Shown in pieces: positions 15,356-32,041 of a DNA stretch of 64,000 nucleotides. The first letter of the stretch is position 1, and every line of letters starts with the position of its first letter. Source of the DNA: Holophagales bacterium. GTDB taxonomy: Bacteria; Acidobacteriota; Thermoanaerobaculia; Multivoradales; Multivoraceae. The position numbers and the translations under genes are program-made. The DNA lies in assembly GCA_009837085.1 (NCBI GenBank), contig VXUF01000111.1, forward strand, positions 13,497 through 77,496, given 5' to 3'. The notes beneath the pieces are model-generated. The model worked only from the letters and a program-made list of their open reading frames with translations. It was not told the origin of the DNA and did not search any database.

Positions 15356-17155
15356 GTGCAGCGGCGATCCGGGTTCACCGACGGAGCGGTGGACGCGGTG
15401 CGCGAGGCGGTCGACATCATCGACCTCGTCAGCGAGCACACGAGGGTGGAGCGCCGGGGCGAGCGCTTCGTGGCGCTCTGTCCGTTCCACAAGGAGAAGA
15501 CGCCATCGCTGTCTCTCGATCGCCAGAACAACCTGTACTACTGCTTCGGCTGCGGCGCCGGCGGCGATGCCTTCAAGTTCCACATGGAGCTCACCGGGGA
15601 CAACTTCACGACCGCGCTTGAGCACCTCGCCCGGCGCTACGGGGTTCCTCTGGAGCGGGCGTCCGGGCCGGACGCCGATGCCCGGGCTGAGCGCAACGAG
15701 CGCATCCAGGCCGCGCTCGACGCCGCCCACGACTTCTTCCGGTCGAAGCTCAGGACGGAGGCCGTGCCGCAGCAGTACCTCCAGCGACGCAAGGTGCCGT
15801 CGGAGCTGATCGCCCGTTTCGGCGTCGGCTACGCACCTGACGACTGGCGGACGATGATCGAGGATCTCGGCCGGCGCATCCCGGTCCCCGACCTGGAAGC
15901 CGCCGGGCTGATCGCCCGTAGCCAGAAAGCGCCGGACCGTCCCTACGATCGGTTCCGCAACCGGCTGATGTTCCCTATCCGGGACGTCTCCGGCCGGGTC
16001 GTGGCCTTCGGTGGCCGCACCCTCGGCGACGACCAGGCCAAGTACGTCAACACGAACGAGACGAGTCGTTTCAGCAAGGGCAGGCTGCTCTACGGGCTCG
16101 ACGCCGCGCGCCGCGCCATCCGCGAACAGGGCAGGGCGCTCCTCGTCGAGGGCTACTTCGACGTGCTGGGAGCCGCCGCCTCCGGAATCGACTGGGCGGT
16201 CGCGAGCATGGGTACGGCACTCACGGAGCAGCAGGTGCGGCTGCTGTCCCACTACACGGACGAAGTGGTTCTGGGCTACGACGGCGACCGCGCCGGCATC
16301 GAGGCGGCTCGCAAGGCCGCGGCGCTGATGCTTGGCGCCGGGCTTCACGTTCGCCGGGCCCGCTTTCCGGCCGGCCAGGATCCGGACTCCCTGCGGCTCG
16401 ATGACGGGCCCGAGGCGGTCCGCGCGACGGTTGCCGAGGCTCAGGATGCCGTGCAGTTGGAGATCGACGACTTGCCCGACCGGGGCGAGCTCGACCCTCG
16501 CCTGAGGGCGCGCGAGGCCCGACGGGTGCTGCCGTTGATCTCCCGGATCCGGAACCCGATCGTGCGAAGCGAGTACGAGAGGATCGCGGCCGAGCGCCTC
16601 GGACTCAGCCCGGAGTTGATGCGCGAGGCCGCCGGGGACGACCAACAGCCGGCGCCGGGTTCGACGAAACCCGCGGGCGTGCCCCGCGCCCCGCTGACCG
16701 CCTCGATCGAGGAGCAGGTGCTGCGTCTGACTGCCGCCGCCCCGGACCTGCGCGGCATCGAATGGCCGGCGCCGGATGCCTTCTTCGATCCCGCCCTGCG
16801 CGTCATCTACGAGGCCATGCGCGAGCAGGCGCAAGCCGGGGCGGAGCGGATCGATTCCGGCGCCCTCGTGGACGTCCTGGGACGCCGGCGCGGGACGGAC
16901 AACGAGACCGATCGACCTGTTGACCGGATCGCCGGGCTTTTGTTACAACGGTCGTCTGCCTTCTCTGAATCGGATGAATCGGAACTTCGAGTCAGTCTCG
17001 CCGAGTTGGGTCGACGTTTCGCCAGACAGCGGCTCAACCTGCTCGCCCGGGAGATCAATCGCGCACAGCGTGAAGGTGACATGGAGACCCTGCACCGGAT
17101 GATCGAGGAGAAGCAGCAGCTAAGCCGCGAGCTCTACGGGCAGTCGGGGCGCTGA
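15356..17155 (+). CDS. dnaG: DNA primase
   Basis: Zinc finger CPFHKEKTPSLSLDRQNNLYYCFGCGAGGD, RNA polymerase core and Toprim (LLVEGYFDVL, GYDGDRAG). GTG start. Confidence 0.92.
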   Translation: MQRRSGFTDGAVDAVREAVDIIDLVSEHTRVERRGERFVALCPFHKEKTPSLSLDRQNNLYYCFGCGAGGDAFKFHMELTGDNFTTALEHLARRYGVPLERASGPDADARAERNERIQAALDAAHDFFRSKLRTEAVPQQYLQRRKVPSELIARFGVGYAPDDWRTMIEDLGRRIPVPDLEAAGLIARSQKAPDRPYDRFRNRLMFPIRDVSGRVVAFGGRTLGDDQAKYVNTNETSRFSKGRLLYGLDAARRAIREQGRALLVEGYFDVLGAAASGIDWAVASMGTALTEQQVRLLSHYTDEVVLGYDGDRAGIEAARKAAALMLGAGLHVRRARFPAGQDPDSLRLDDGPEAVRATVAEAQDAVQLEIDDLPDRGELDPRLRAREARRVLPLISRIRNPIVRSEYERIAAERLGLSPELMREAAGDDQQPAPGSTKPAGVPRAPLTASIEEQVLRLTAAAPDLRGIEWPAPDAFFDPALRVIYEAMREQAQAGAERIDSGALVDVLGRRRGTDNETDRPVDRIAGLLLQRSSAFSESDESELRVSLAELGRRFARQRLNLLAREINRAQREGDMETLHRMIEEKQQLSRELYGQSGR

Positions 17156-17164
17156 GGAGATGTC

Positions 17165-18889
<1,725 letters not shown>

Positions 18890-18907
18890 CGGCCACCCCA
18901 GCGGGGT

Positions 18908-18937
18908 TTGACAGTCGGCTTCAAGCCTCCCTAAGAT
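18908..18937 (+). promoter_or_regulatory. Putative sigma70-type promoter for tRNA-Asn
   Basis: TTGACA (18908-18913), 18-nt spacer, TAAGAT (18932-18937), about 40 nt upstream of the tRNA 5' end. Confidence 0.5.
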
Positions 18938-18980
18938 GAACCCCGTGTCGCCCGCCGCTGTTTGCCTTGAGGCGGATTCT

Positions 18981-19055
18981 TCCTCGGTAGCTCAACGGTA
19001 GAGCGTTCGGCTGTTAACCGAAATGTTGGGGGTTCGAATCCCTCCCGAGGAGCCA
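18981..19055 (+). tRNA. tRNA-Asn (GTT), CCA encoded
   Basis: TCCTCGG-TA-GCTC-AACGGTA-GAGC-G-TTCGG-CTGTTAA-CCGAA-ATGTT-GGGGG-TTCGAAT-CCCTC-CCGAGGA-G-CCA. Confidence 0.92.
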
Positions 19056-19120
19056 CTGTTCACGGCCTGGACGGTGAGGCGGGACCGCTTCTCGCTCTCG
19101 ACCGTGGCGAGGTAGTTGAG

Positions 19121-20710
<1,590 letters not shown>

Positions 20711-20739
20711 ATGTCGAGAAGCCGGCAAAGGAGAGTCGG

Positions 20740-22683
<1,944 letters not shown>

Positions 22684-22686
22684 ACC

Positions 22687-23790
22687 ATGAGCCAGGACGA
22701 CCAGCGACGAGACATCGGAACGCCGATGCGCCTGCTGCTGGTCGCGGCCTGCGTCGTGGTGCTGGTCGCCGGCCTGCGGGCCGCGTCATCGATCATGATC
22801 CCGTTCCTGGTCGCGATCTTCATCGCGGCGATCAGCCTGCCCGTCCTGACCTGGCTGCAGCAGCGCCTGCCGATGATCGTCGCCGTTCTCGGCACGATCC
22901 TGATGGACCTGCTGGTGCTCGCCCTGGTCGGCTATCTGGTCGGTTCCACCGCGAACCAGGTCGCGGGCGAGATGGGCGAGATCCAGTCCACCCTCACGGA
23001 GTGGATCGAAGACGGTAGCGAGTGGCTGGAGGAGCGAGGAGTGCCCGTCGCCAGTGGGCTGGCGGGCGACGACTCCTTGCCGCTTGCGTTGTTCTCGCGT
23101 TTCGAGCCGGGCTTCCTGGTGGACTTCGTGAACCGGACCCTGCGCGCGACGACGGCAGCCCTGTCGTCGTTCCTCGTCATCTCGCTGATCGTCATCTTCA
23201 CGCTCTTCGAGGCGGCAACCTTCGGCCCCAAGGTGCGAGCGGCCTTCGGCAGCGCCGGCGCGGAAGCGCGCTTCGCCCGCGCCATGCACGAGATCCAGCA
23301 CTACATGGGGATCAAGACGGTGATCAGCCTGGCCACCGGCCTGCTGATCGGCATCTGGGTCGGCGTGCTGGGCGTCGAGTTCGCGATCTTCTGGGGGCTG
23401 GTGGCCTTCGTTCTCAACTTCATCCCGAACCTCGGTTCGATCATCGCGGCGGTGCCGACGACGCTCCTGGCCATGGTCCAGATCGGCGTAGGCCGGGCGT
23501 TGCTGGTCGCCCTGGGCTACCTGGTCGTCAACATGGTGATCGGCAACTTCATCGAACCGCCGCTCCTGGGCCGGCGGCTCGGCCTCTCGACGCTGGTGGT
23601 CGTCCTTTCCCTCGTCTTCTGGGGTTGGGTGTGGGGGCCGGTCGGAATGCTGCTGTCGGTGCCGCTGACGATGGTGGTCAAGATCCTGCTCGAGAACACG
23701 GAGGAGTTTCGCTGGGTGGCTGTGCTGCTCGGCGACAGCCGGGAAGCGGAACGCCTGGCGCCGGCGTCCGGCGGGGAAGGGAAGGCTTGA
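22687..23790 (+). CDS. AI-2E family transporter (PerM/UPF0118)
   Basis: Eight or so TM segments, with FVLNFIPNLGSIIAAVPTTLLA and LSLVFWGWVWGPVGMLLSVPLT. Confidence 0.8.
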   Translation: MSQDDQRRDIGTPMRLLLVAACVVVLVAGLRAASSIMIPFLVAIFIAAISLPVLTWLQQRLPMIVAVLGTILMDLLVLALVGYLVGSTANQVAGEMGEIQSTLTEWIEDGSEWLEERGVPVASGLAGDDSLPLALFSRFEPGFLVDFVNRTLRATTAALSSFLVISLIVIFTLFEAATFGPKVRAAFGSAGAEARFARAMHEIQHYMGIKTVISLATGLLIGIWVGVLGVEFAIFWGLVAFVLNFIPNLGSIIAAVPTTLLAMVQIGVGRALLVALGYLVVNMVIGNFIEPPLLGRRLGLSTLVVVLSLVFWGWVWGPVGMLLSVPLTMVVKILLENTEEFRWVAVLLGDSREAERLAPASGGEGKA

Positions 23791-24932
23791 GACCGATCGC
23801 CGCTGCTACCGGGATCGCGGCGATCCTCGCCCTCGCGGGTCCGGCGGCGGGCTTCGCGCAAGGTGAAGTGCTCGAGAACGAGGACATCCTGAGCCTCACC
23901 GAGGCGGGCCTGCCGCCGGAGGTCATCGTGGCGAAGATCGAATCGACGGCGACCGCATTCGATACCAGCGTCGAGAGGCTGGTGGCTCTCGTTCAGGCAG
24001 GCGTGCACGCCGACGTGCTGGCCGCGATGGCGAGGGCGTCGGCGTCGAGCGCCACGGAGTCGCCGGCCTACGATCCGGGCGGTGACACCGCGCCGGTTGA
24101 GCAGCCGCGTGCGGATCCGCAACCGGTTCCACGGACGTCCTGGCAGGTCGGGGCGAGATTCTCGGACGCGCTGAACTCCGGTGGCCGTGGGCCGGAAATG
24201 GTCGTCGTTCCGGCCGGCAGCTTCTACATGGGGTGCGTGTCCGGTATGGGTTGCAGCAACCGCGAAAGGCCGATCCGCGAGGTGTCCTTTGCGGAGCCGT
24301 TCGCGGTGTCGATCCACGAAGTGACGCTGGACGAGTACGACCGCTACACGGCGGCTACCGGCCGCCCGCCGGCGGACGACGGGGGTTGGGGCCGGGGCCG
24401 CCGCCCGGCGCTGAACGTCTCCTGGCAGGACGCTCAAGCGTACGTGGCGTGGTTGTCGGGTGAGACGGGTGGCGGCTATCGGCTATTGAGCGAGGCGGAA
24501 TGGGAGTACGTGGCGCGTGCCGGGTCGACCACGCAGTTCCACTTCGGCGACCATCCCGCGGAGCTCTGTCGCTACGGGAACCACGCGGACGTTAGCCTTC
24601 CGGAACACGTCGAATGGCGGAACACGCTCTGCTCGGACCGCGTCGCGCTCGAAACGGCCGAAGTGGGGAGCTACGCGCCGAACCCATGGGGCCTCCACGA
24701 CACCCACGGCAACGTGTGGGAATGGGTCGAAGACTGCTGGAACGGGGCCTACGAGGGTTCGCCGACCGATGGCAGCCCCTGGACCCAGGGCGACTGCTCG
24801 CGGCGTGTCCTCCGCGGCGGTTCCTGGAACAACCGCCCGGGCCTTCTGCGTGCCGCGGGCCGGAACGGCGTGGTTGTCGGCGAGCGTGGTCTGAACATCG
24901 GCTTTCGCGTCGCGCGGACGCTCGTTCCGTGA
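23787..24932 (+). CDS. Secreted formylglycine-generating enzyme (SUMF1/FGE-sulfatase) family protein
   Basis: Signal peptide, then PEMVVVPAGSFYMG, VSWQDAQAYVAWLS, EAEWEYVARAG, GNVWEWVEDCW, RGGSWNN. TTG start overlaps the upstream stop (TTGA). Confidence 0.8.
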   Translation: MRPIAAATGIAAILALAGPAAGFAQGEVLENEDILSLTEAGLPPEVIVAKIESTATAFDTSVERLVALVQAGVHADVLAAMARASASSATESPAYDPGGDTAPVEQPRADPQPVPRTSWQVGARFSDALNSGGRGPEMVVVPAGSFYMGCVSGMGCSNRERPIREVSFAEPFAVSIHEVTLDEYDRYTAATGRPPADDGGWGRGRRPALNVSWQDAQAYVAWLSGETGGGYRLLSEAEWEYVARAGSTTQFHFGDHPAELCRYGNHADVSLPEHVEWRNTLCSDRVALETAEVGSYAPNPWGLHDTHGNVWEWVEDCWNGAYEGSPTDGSPWTQGDCSRRVLRGGSWNNRPGLLRAAGRNGVVVGERGLNIGFRVARTLVP

Positions 24933-24945
24933 GCGGGCCCCGGTC

Positions 24946-25728
24946 TCACAGCAGGCCGGGGAAGAGCGCCCGGCGGTTCGAGGGATAGTCGGGGAACCGC
25001 TCTTGATACCAGCGGTGACGCCACAGGGCTCTTGGGATCAGGTTGGCCGTGGTCCACAGCGCGAACGCTAGCCCGGGGAGCGACCAACTCATCAGCGCGA
25101 AGCCGATCCACTCGACGATCTCTCCCGCCAGGTTCGGGCACGAGACGTAGTCGAAACCTCCGCCGCGGGGCAGGATCGCGCCGCCCGAGGCCCTGGCCCG
25201 CAGCGACGACAGGCGGTAGTCGGAGGCGATGTTCAGGGCGGCCCCGGCGATGAACAGGGCGGCCCCGGCCAGGAACCGCGGATCCCAAAACCACTCCACT
25301 GGATAGTCGGCGAGCCTGGCCATGAACCAGCCGAGGAGCACACCGTTGACGAGGTTGAAACAGAAACCGGAGACGGCCGTGAAGGCGGGGAACGGGCGCG
25401 CCTGCCGCTGGACGAACCAGGGCCACACCAGGGTGCGGTGAACGTAGTGGGCAAGCCAGAGGCCGACCAGTACGTCGCCGACCAGGTGACGCTGCCCGGC
25501 CACGAGGTAGACGAGGGGAAACACCACCAGGGCCGAGAGCTCCATGAAGAGCCAACCCCAACGCGGGTCGACGTTCGGTCCCCAGGCTCGGCCGCCTACC
25601 CGGCCGGTCCGGTCCTTGCCCACCAGACCGTAGAGCAGCACCGGCACGGGCAGCCCGCACCAGATCAGGACGATCGCGCCGAAGACATCGAAGTAGATGG
25701 GAATGGCCGAATCCGTCACGGCGACCAT
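24946..25728 (-). CDS. Membrane 3-oxo-5-alpha-steroid 4-dehydrogenase / DUF1295-like reductase family protein
   Basis: Polytopic membrane protein with a C-terminal GGFDYVSCPNLAGEIVEWIGFAL...WYQERFPDYP pattern typical of this family. Confidence 0.7.
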   Translation of the reverse strand: MVAVTDSAIPIYFDVFGAIVLIWCGLPVPVLLYGLVGKDRTGRVGGRAWGPNVDPRWGWLFMELSALVVFPLVYLVAGQRHLVGDVLVGLWLAHYVHRTLVWPWFVQRQARPFPAFTAVSGFCFNLVNGVLLGWFMARLADYPVEWFWDPRFLAGAALFIAGAALNIASDYRLSSLRARASGGAILPRGGGFDYVSCPNLAGEIVEWIGFALMSWSLPGLAFALWTTANLIPRALWRHRWYQERFPDYPSNRRALFPGLL

Positions 25729-25744
25729 TCTGCCGCGCCAACGA

Positions 25745-25791
25745 TTGACAGACGGTACCGCCGTGCTACTCTCCGAATCGGGACTATTCGG
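25745..25791 (+). promoter_or_regulatory. Putative suf promoter with overlapping palindromic operator
   Basis: TTGACA (25745-25750), 16-nt spacer, TACTCT (25767-25772), then inverted repeat CCGAAT-n7-ATTCGG (25773-25791) directly upstream of the Rrf2 regulator gene. Confidence 0.3.
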
Positions 25792-25808
25792 GTCCCCGTT
25801 CCGCCGCC

Positions 25809-26263
25809 ATGATCCGTCTGACCAAGCAAGCCGACTACGGGATCGTCCTGATGAGCCAACTGGCCCTGACCGGGCAGACTGCGGCGGCTGAGCTCGCGTT
25901 GCAGACGCACCTGCCGCCAGCGATGGTGAGCAAGATCCTCAAGATGCTCGCGAGGGCCGGCTTGCTGGTTTCTCACCGCGGCGTGCACGGCGGCTACGAA
26001 CTCGCGCGTCCGGCGGCGGAGATCAGCGTCGCGCACGTGATCTTCGCGCTCGAGGGCCCCATCGCCCTGACCCAGTGCAGCGAGCACTCGGACGACGAGT
26101 GTTCCTACGAGGCGTTCTGCCGCGTGCGGGAGAACTGGCAGAGGATCGACCGGGCCGTTCGCAGAGCTCTCGAAGGGGTCACGATCGAGGACATGGCGCG
26201 CCCGGACTTCCTCGGCAGCCGCTCATCCTCCTCCACGCTCATACCGCTGGGGAGCAGTTCCTG

Positions 26264-26264
<1 letters not shown>
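25809..26264 (+). CDS. Rrf2 family transcriptional regulator (SUF/Isc-type)
   Basis: [15 protein letters not shown]...[30 protein letters not shown]. Cys-containing C-terminal region ([15 protein letters not shown]). The stop overlaps the sufB ATG by 1 nt (TGATG). Confidence 0.85.
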
Positions 26265-27712
<1,448 letters not shown>

Positions 27713-27780
27713 CCCTTCGGGGGGCCGAGTTGGCCAGGACCGCAAGCGGCCGGAAAGACGCCGCACGGAGAGATACAGCA

Positions 27781-28536
27781 ATGCTGAGGGTGAGTGACCT
27801 TCACGCGAAGGTTGAAGAACAGGAAATCCTGAAGGGTGTGGATCTCGAGGTGAACGCCGGCGAGGTCCACGCGGTGATGGGGCCGAACGGCTCGGGCAAG
27901 AGCACGCTAGCCCAGGTGCTCGCGGGCCGGGAGGACTACGACGTCACGGCCGGCTCGCTGGAACTGGATGGCGACGACCTGCAGGAGATGGCCCCTGAAG
28001 AGCGAGCCCATGCCGGCCTGTTCCTCGCCTTCCAGTATCCGGTCGAGATCCCGGGCGTCGGCAACAGCTACTTCCTCAAGGCCGCGCTCAACGCGATCCG
28101 CAAGGCCAGGGGCGAGGATGAACTCGACGCCATGGACTTTCTCCAGTTGCTGCGCAAGCGCGCGGAACTGGTCGACGTGGACGAGGCGCTGTTGCGGCGC
28201 CCCGTCAACGAGGGCTTCTCGGGCGGCGAGAAGAAGCGGAACGAGATCCTCCAGATGGCGGTGCTCGAACCCCGGCTGGCCGTCCTCGACGAGACGGACT
28301 CCGGGCTGGACATCGACGCCCTGAAGACGGTGGCGGCCGGGGTCAACGCGCTAAGGAGCGAGGACCGGGCGTTCGTCGTCATCACCCATTACCAGCGACT
28401 GCTGAACTACATCGTGCCCGACCACGTCCACGTGCTCCTGGATGGGCGGATCGTCCGCTCCGGCGGCAGCGAGCTGGCGCTCGAACTCGAGGAGAAGGGC
28501 TACACCGGCCTGACCAACGGTTCGTCCGGAGTCTGA
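27781..28536 (+). CDS. sufC: Fe-S cluster assembly ATPase SufC
   Basis: MLRVSDLHAKVEEQEILKGVDLEVNAGEVHAVMGPNGSGKSTL, NEGFSGGEKKRNEILQM, AVLDETDSGLDIDAL. Confidence 0.95.
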   Translation: MLRVSDLHAKVEEQEILKGVDLEVNAGEVHAVMGPNGSGKSTLAQVLAGREDYDVTAGSLELDGDDLQEMAPEERAHAGLFLAFQYPVEIPGVGNSYFLKAALNAIRKARGEDELDAMDFLQLLRKRAELVDVDEALLRRPVNEGFSGGEKKRNEILQMAVLEPRLAVLDETDSGLDIDALKTVAAGVNALRSEDRAFVVITHYQRLLNYIVPDHVHVLLDGRIVRSGGSELALELEEKGYTGLTNGSSGV

Positions 28537-28540
28537 GCCA

Positions 28541-29902
28541 GTGACCGTCGTCAGCGGCCGCTCCAGCGCCCCCTGGGTCGATCTCTACGCCCGCCGCGGC
28601 GGCGAGCCGGAGGTTCTGCGTGCGCGGCGCCAGGAGGCGATCGAGCGCTTCGAGGCCGCCGGCTTCCCGACCGCCCGCGACGAGGAGTGGCGGCAGACGA
28701 ACCTCGGTTCGCTGTTGCGCGCGGCGCCGGCAGAGGCTTCGCGGCGCCCGCTCCAGGGCGGCGAGGCCGCCCGCTTTCTCTATCCGGACTGTCCCCGGAT
28801 GGTGTTCGTCAACGGCCGCTACGCGCCGGAGCTCTCGTCGCCGCCGCGGCAGGTCACCGCGGTGGCTCTGGCGGAGCCCGGCGCCGGCGGCGACACGGAA
28901 GCGATCCTGGAGCATCTCGGCGCCTACGCCTCCGGCCGCGCCTCGTGCAGCGCCGACGCGGGCGTCCATCCGTTCGCGGCCCTCAACACCGGTCTGTTCG
29001 AGGACGGCGCGGCGATCGTGATTCCGGATGGAGCCGTCGTCGAGCCGCCGTTGCAGGTGCTCTGGCTCAACGCTCCCGCGGCGCCCGCCACGGAGTCCGG
29101 CGACGGAACGCCCGCCGTCGAGGTCAGCTTTCCGCGCCTGCTCGTCATCGCCGGCGAGAACAGCCAGGTTTCGGTGATCGAGACCTTCGCCGCTGTGGAC
29201 CCGAAGGCCGGCGGCTACTTCGTCTGCCCGGTGTCGGAGTTCGTCTGCGGCGCGGGCTCGGTGCTTCACCACACCCGGCTTCAGGCCGACGCAACCGACG
29301 CGTTCCACCTCGGCTTTCAGCACGCGCAGCTCGAGCGCTCCGCGTCCTTCGACTCCTCGTCCCTGGCGTTCGGAGGCGGCCTGGTGCGGAACGACACGGT
29401 GGGGCTGCTCGACGGCGAGGGCTCCCACTGCACGCTCGACGGCCTCTACGTCATCGACGGTTCCCAGTTCGTGGACAACCACATGCGGGTCGAGCACCGG
29501 CAGCCGCACACGACCAGCCACCAGCTCTACAAGGGCGTCCTCGACGGCCGGGCGCGTTCGGTGTTCAACGGCCGCATCTACGTGCACCAGGCTGCCCAGA
29601 AGACGGACGCCAAGCAGACGAACCGCAACCTGCTCCTGTCGAAGTCGGCGCTAGCCAACAGCAATCCGCAACTCGAGATCTTCGCCGACGACGTGCGCTG
29701 CACGCACGGCTCGACGATCGGCCGTCTGGACGAGGAAGCGCTCTTCTACCTGCGCTCTCGCGGCATCGAGAGCGAGCAGGCCCACGCGATGCTGGTCTAC
29801 GCTTTCGCCCGGGAGCTGGTCGAGAAGGCGTCCCACGAGCCGCTCCGGCAGGACCTGGAGGGTCGCTTGCTCGCGAGCCTGAACGGCGGCGGAACGCGGT
29901 AG
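28541..29902 (+). CDS. sufD: Fe-S cluster assembly protein SufD
   Basis: EEWRQTNL near the N-terminus. C-terminal beta-helix region reads HQLYKGVLDGRARSVFNGRIYV...TNRNLLLS...PQLEIFADDVRCTHGST. Confidence 0.88.
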   Translation: MTVVSGRSSAPWVDLYARRGGEPEVLRARRQEAIERFEAAGFPTARDEEWRQTNLGSLLRAAPAEASRRPLQGGEAARFLYPDCPRMVFVNGRYAPELSSPPRQVTAVALAEPGAGGDTEAILEHLGAYASGRASCSADAGVHPFAALNTGLFEDGAAIVIPDGAVVEPPLQVLWLNAPAAPATESGDGTPAVEVSFPRLLVIAGENSQVSVIETFAAVDPKAGGYFVCPVSEFVCGAGSVLHHTRLQADATDAFHLGFQHAQLERSASFDSSSLAFGGGLVRNDTVGLLDGEGSHCTLDGLYVIDGSQFVDNHMRVEHRQPHTTSHQLYKGVLDGRARSVFNGRIYVHQAAQKTDAKQTNRNLLLSKSALANSNPQLEIFADDVRCTHGSTIGRLDEEALFYLRSRGIESEQAHAMLVYAFARELVEKASHEPLRQDLEGRLLASLNGGGTR

Positions 29903-29906
29903 GCAG

Positions 29907-31190
29907 ATGACGGCTCCGGCGCCCTTGGCAGACGGGGAGCGGCCACCGGCGGCCGGTGCTCTCGATGTCGAGCGGCTGCGCGCCTCGTTTCCGATCCTCG
30001 CCCGCGAGGTTCACGGCCACCGGCTGGTCTACCTCGACAACGCCGCCAGCGCGCAGCGGCCGGAGGTCGTGATCGACGCGGTCAACGACTGCTACCGCAC
30101 CTACTACGCCAACGCCCACCGCGGCGTCCACGCGCTGTCCGAGCTGTCGACCGACGCGTATGAGGCGGCGCGCGGCAAGGTAGCCCGCTTCATCGGCGCT
30201 CCGGACAGCCATGAGGTCGTCTTCACGCGTGGCACGACCGAGAGCCTGAACCTGGTTGCCCAGAGCTACGGCCGGCCGCATCTCGCGCCCGGCGACGAAG
30301 TGCTGCTGACCGAGATGGAGCACCACTCGAACATCGTCCCCTGGCAGCTCGTCTGCGAGCAGACCGGGGCCCGGGTGCGCGCCGCGCCGATCACTGACGA
30401 CGGTGAACTCGATCTGGAGGCGTTCGCCGGAATGCTCAACGAGTGCACCCGGGTGGTCGCGCTAACCCACGTCTCGAACGCCCTTGGCACGGTCAACGAC
30501 ATCCCGGCCGTGGTCGAGCTCACCCGTGCCCACTCGGACGCGGTCGTCGTCGTCGACGGCGCGCAGGCGGTGCCGCACATGACCGTCGACGTCGCGTCGC
30601 TCGGCTGCGACTTCTACGCCTTCTCGGGCCACAAGATGTACGGCCCCGGCAGCATAGGCGTGCTCTGGGGCCGGCGCGAGCTGCTCGCGGCCATGCCTCC
30701 GTACCACGGCGGCGGCGCGATGATCACGCGGGTCACCTTCGAGCGCAGCGAGTACGCGGCGCCGCCGCAGCGGTTCGAAGCGGGAACGCCTGCGATCGCG
30801 CCGGCGATCGGCCTGGGCGTCGCGGTCGAGTTCCTGGAGTCGGTCGGCCTGGATCGGATCGAGCGGCACGAGCAGGAACTACTCTCCCATACTGTGGAAG
30901 TGTTGAACGATCTCCCCTGGGTTCGCGTGCTGGGGCAGGGTGCGGAGGCCGGTTCACCCCGGGCGGCCGTCGTGTCCCTGGTGATCGACGGCGCGCACCC
31001 CCACGATGTGGCAACGATCCTCGACGAGCAGGGGGTGGCGATCCGCGCCGGCCACCACTGCGCGCAACCGCTGATGGAACGGCTCGGCGTCCCGGCCACG
31101 GTGCGGGCCTCGTTCGGGCTGTACAACACCCACGAGGAAGTCGACCTGCTCGTCTCGAGCCTGCACGAAGTGCGGCGGATCTTCGGCTGA
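29907..31190 (+). CDS. sufS: Cysteine desulfurase SufS (group II)
   Basis: YLDNAASAQRP, ANAHRGVHALS, FSGHKMYGPGSIGVLWG (PLP Lys), IRAGHHCAQP (active-site Cys). Confidence 0.93.
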   Translation: MTAPAPLADGERPPAAGALDVERLRASFPILAREVHGHRLVYLDNAASAQRPEVVIDAVNDCYRTYYANAHRGVHALSELSTDAYEAARGKVARFIGAPDSHEVVFTRGTTESLNLVAQSYGRPHLAPGDEVLLTEMEHHSNIVPWQLVCEQTGARVRAAPITDDGELDLEAFAGMLNECTRVVALTHVSNALGTVNDIPAVVELTRAHSDAVVVVDGAQAVPHMTVDVASLGCDFYAFSGHKMYGPGSIGVLWGRRELLAAMPPYHGGGAMITRVTFERSEYAAPPQRFEAGTPAIAPAIGLGVAVEFLESVGLDRIERHEQELLSHTVEVLNDLPWVRVLGQGAEAGSPRAAVVSLVIDGAHPHDVATILDEQGVAIRAGHHCAQPLMERLGVPATVRASFGLYNTHEEVDLLVSSLHEVRRIFG

Positions 31191-31216
31191 TCGGCGTAGG
31201 CTACGCAGCGAAGACG

Positions 31217-31669
31217 ATGTCCGACCTCCGCGATCTCTACCAGCAGGTCATCCTCGACCACTACCGCGCGCCCCGGAACTTCGGCGCCCTGGAGCCGGTG
31301 TGTGCCTCCGCCGAGGGCTACAACCCGCTCTGCGGCGATCAGGTGAAGGTCTACCTGCGCACCGACGGCGACGTTGTCGACGCCGTGACCTTCGAGGGTG
31401 TCGGCTGCGCGATCTCGACCGCTTCGGCGTCCTTGATGACCGAGGCCGTTCGTGGGCTCGAACGGCCGCAGGCGGAGGCGCTGATCGCTTCCTTCCTGAA
31501 GTTGATGACCGGCGACGGCAACGGGGCGGCCGGCGTCGACCTCGGCAAGCTGGAGGTCCTGAGCGGCGTCAAGGACTACCCGGTGCGGATCAAATGCGCG
31601 ACGTTGGCGTGGCACGCTCTCCGGGCGGCGCTCGAGGGTGGAGACTCGGAGAGGGTGTCCACCGAGTAG
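31217..31669 (+). CDS. sufU: SUF sulfur-transfer/scaffold protein SufU (IscU/NifU-like)
   Basis: LYQQVILDHYRAPRNFG, NPLCGD, GVGCAIS, RIKCATLAW, giving the three conserved Cys contexts. Confidence 0.88.
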   Translation: MSDLRDLYQQVILDHYRAPRNFGALEPVCASAEGYNPLCGDQVKVYLRTDGDVVDAVTFEGVGCAISTASASLMTEAVRGLERPQAEALIASFLKLMTGDGNGAAGVDLGKLEVLSGVKDYPVRIKCATLAWHALRAALEGGDSERVSTE

Positions 31670-31699
31670 GCTGTACCGTCGGACGGGAGGAAACGGACA

Positions 31700-32041
31700 A
31701 TGGACGACATCGCCGCGAGCGGAGTCCAGGTGGACACGGCGGCCCTCGAGGCCCGCATCGTTGAGGCGCTCAAGACGGTCTACGACCCGGAGATCCCGGT
31801 CGACATCTACGAGCTCGGCCTGATCTACGACGTGCGGATCGATGAGAAAGCACACGTCAAGCTGCAGATGACCCTGACCTCGCCGCACTGCCCGGTCGCC
31901 GAGTCGCTGCCCGGCGACGTGGAGCGGACGGTTCGCGACGTCGAGGGCGTCGAAGGCGCCGAGGTCGAGGTGGTCTGGGATCCGACCTGGAACCCGGCGA
32001 TGATGAGCGAGGCCGCGAAACTGGAACTGGGGTTCTTCTGA
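31700..32041 (+). CDS. sufT: DUF59/MIP18-family Fe-S assembly protein (SufT-like)
   Basis: VYDPEIPVDIYELGLIYDV...MTLTSPHCP...VVWDPTWNP. GGGAGG lies upstream of the ATG. Confidence 0.8.
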   Translation: MDDIAASGVQVDTAALEARIVEALKTVYDPEIPVDIYELGLIYDVRIDEKAHVKLQMTLTSPHCPVAESLPGDVERTVRDVEGVEGAEVEVVWDPTWNPAMMSEAAKLELGFF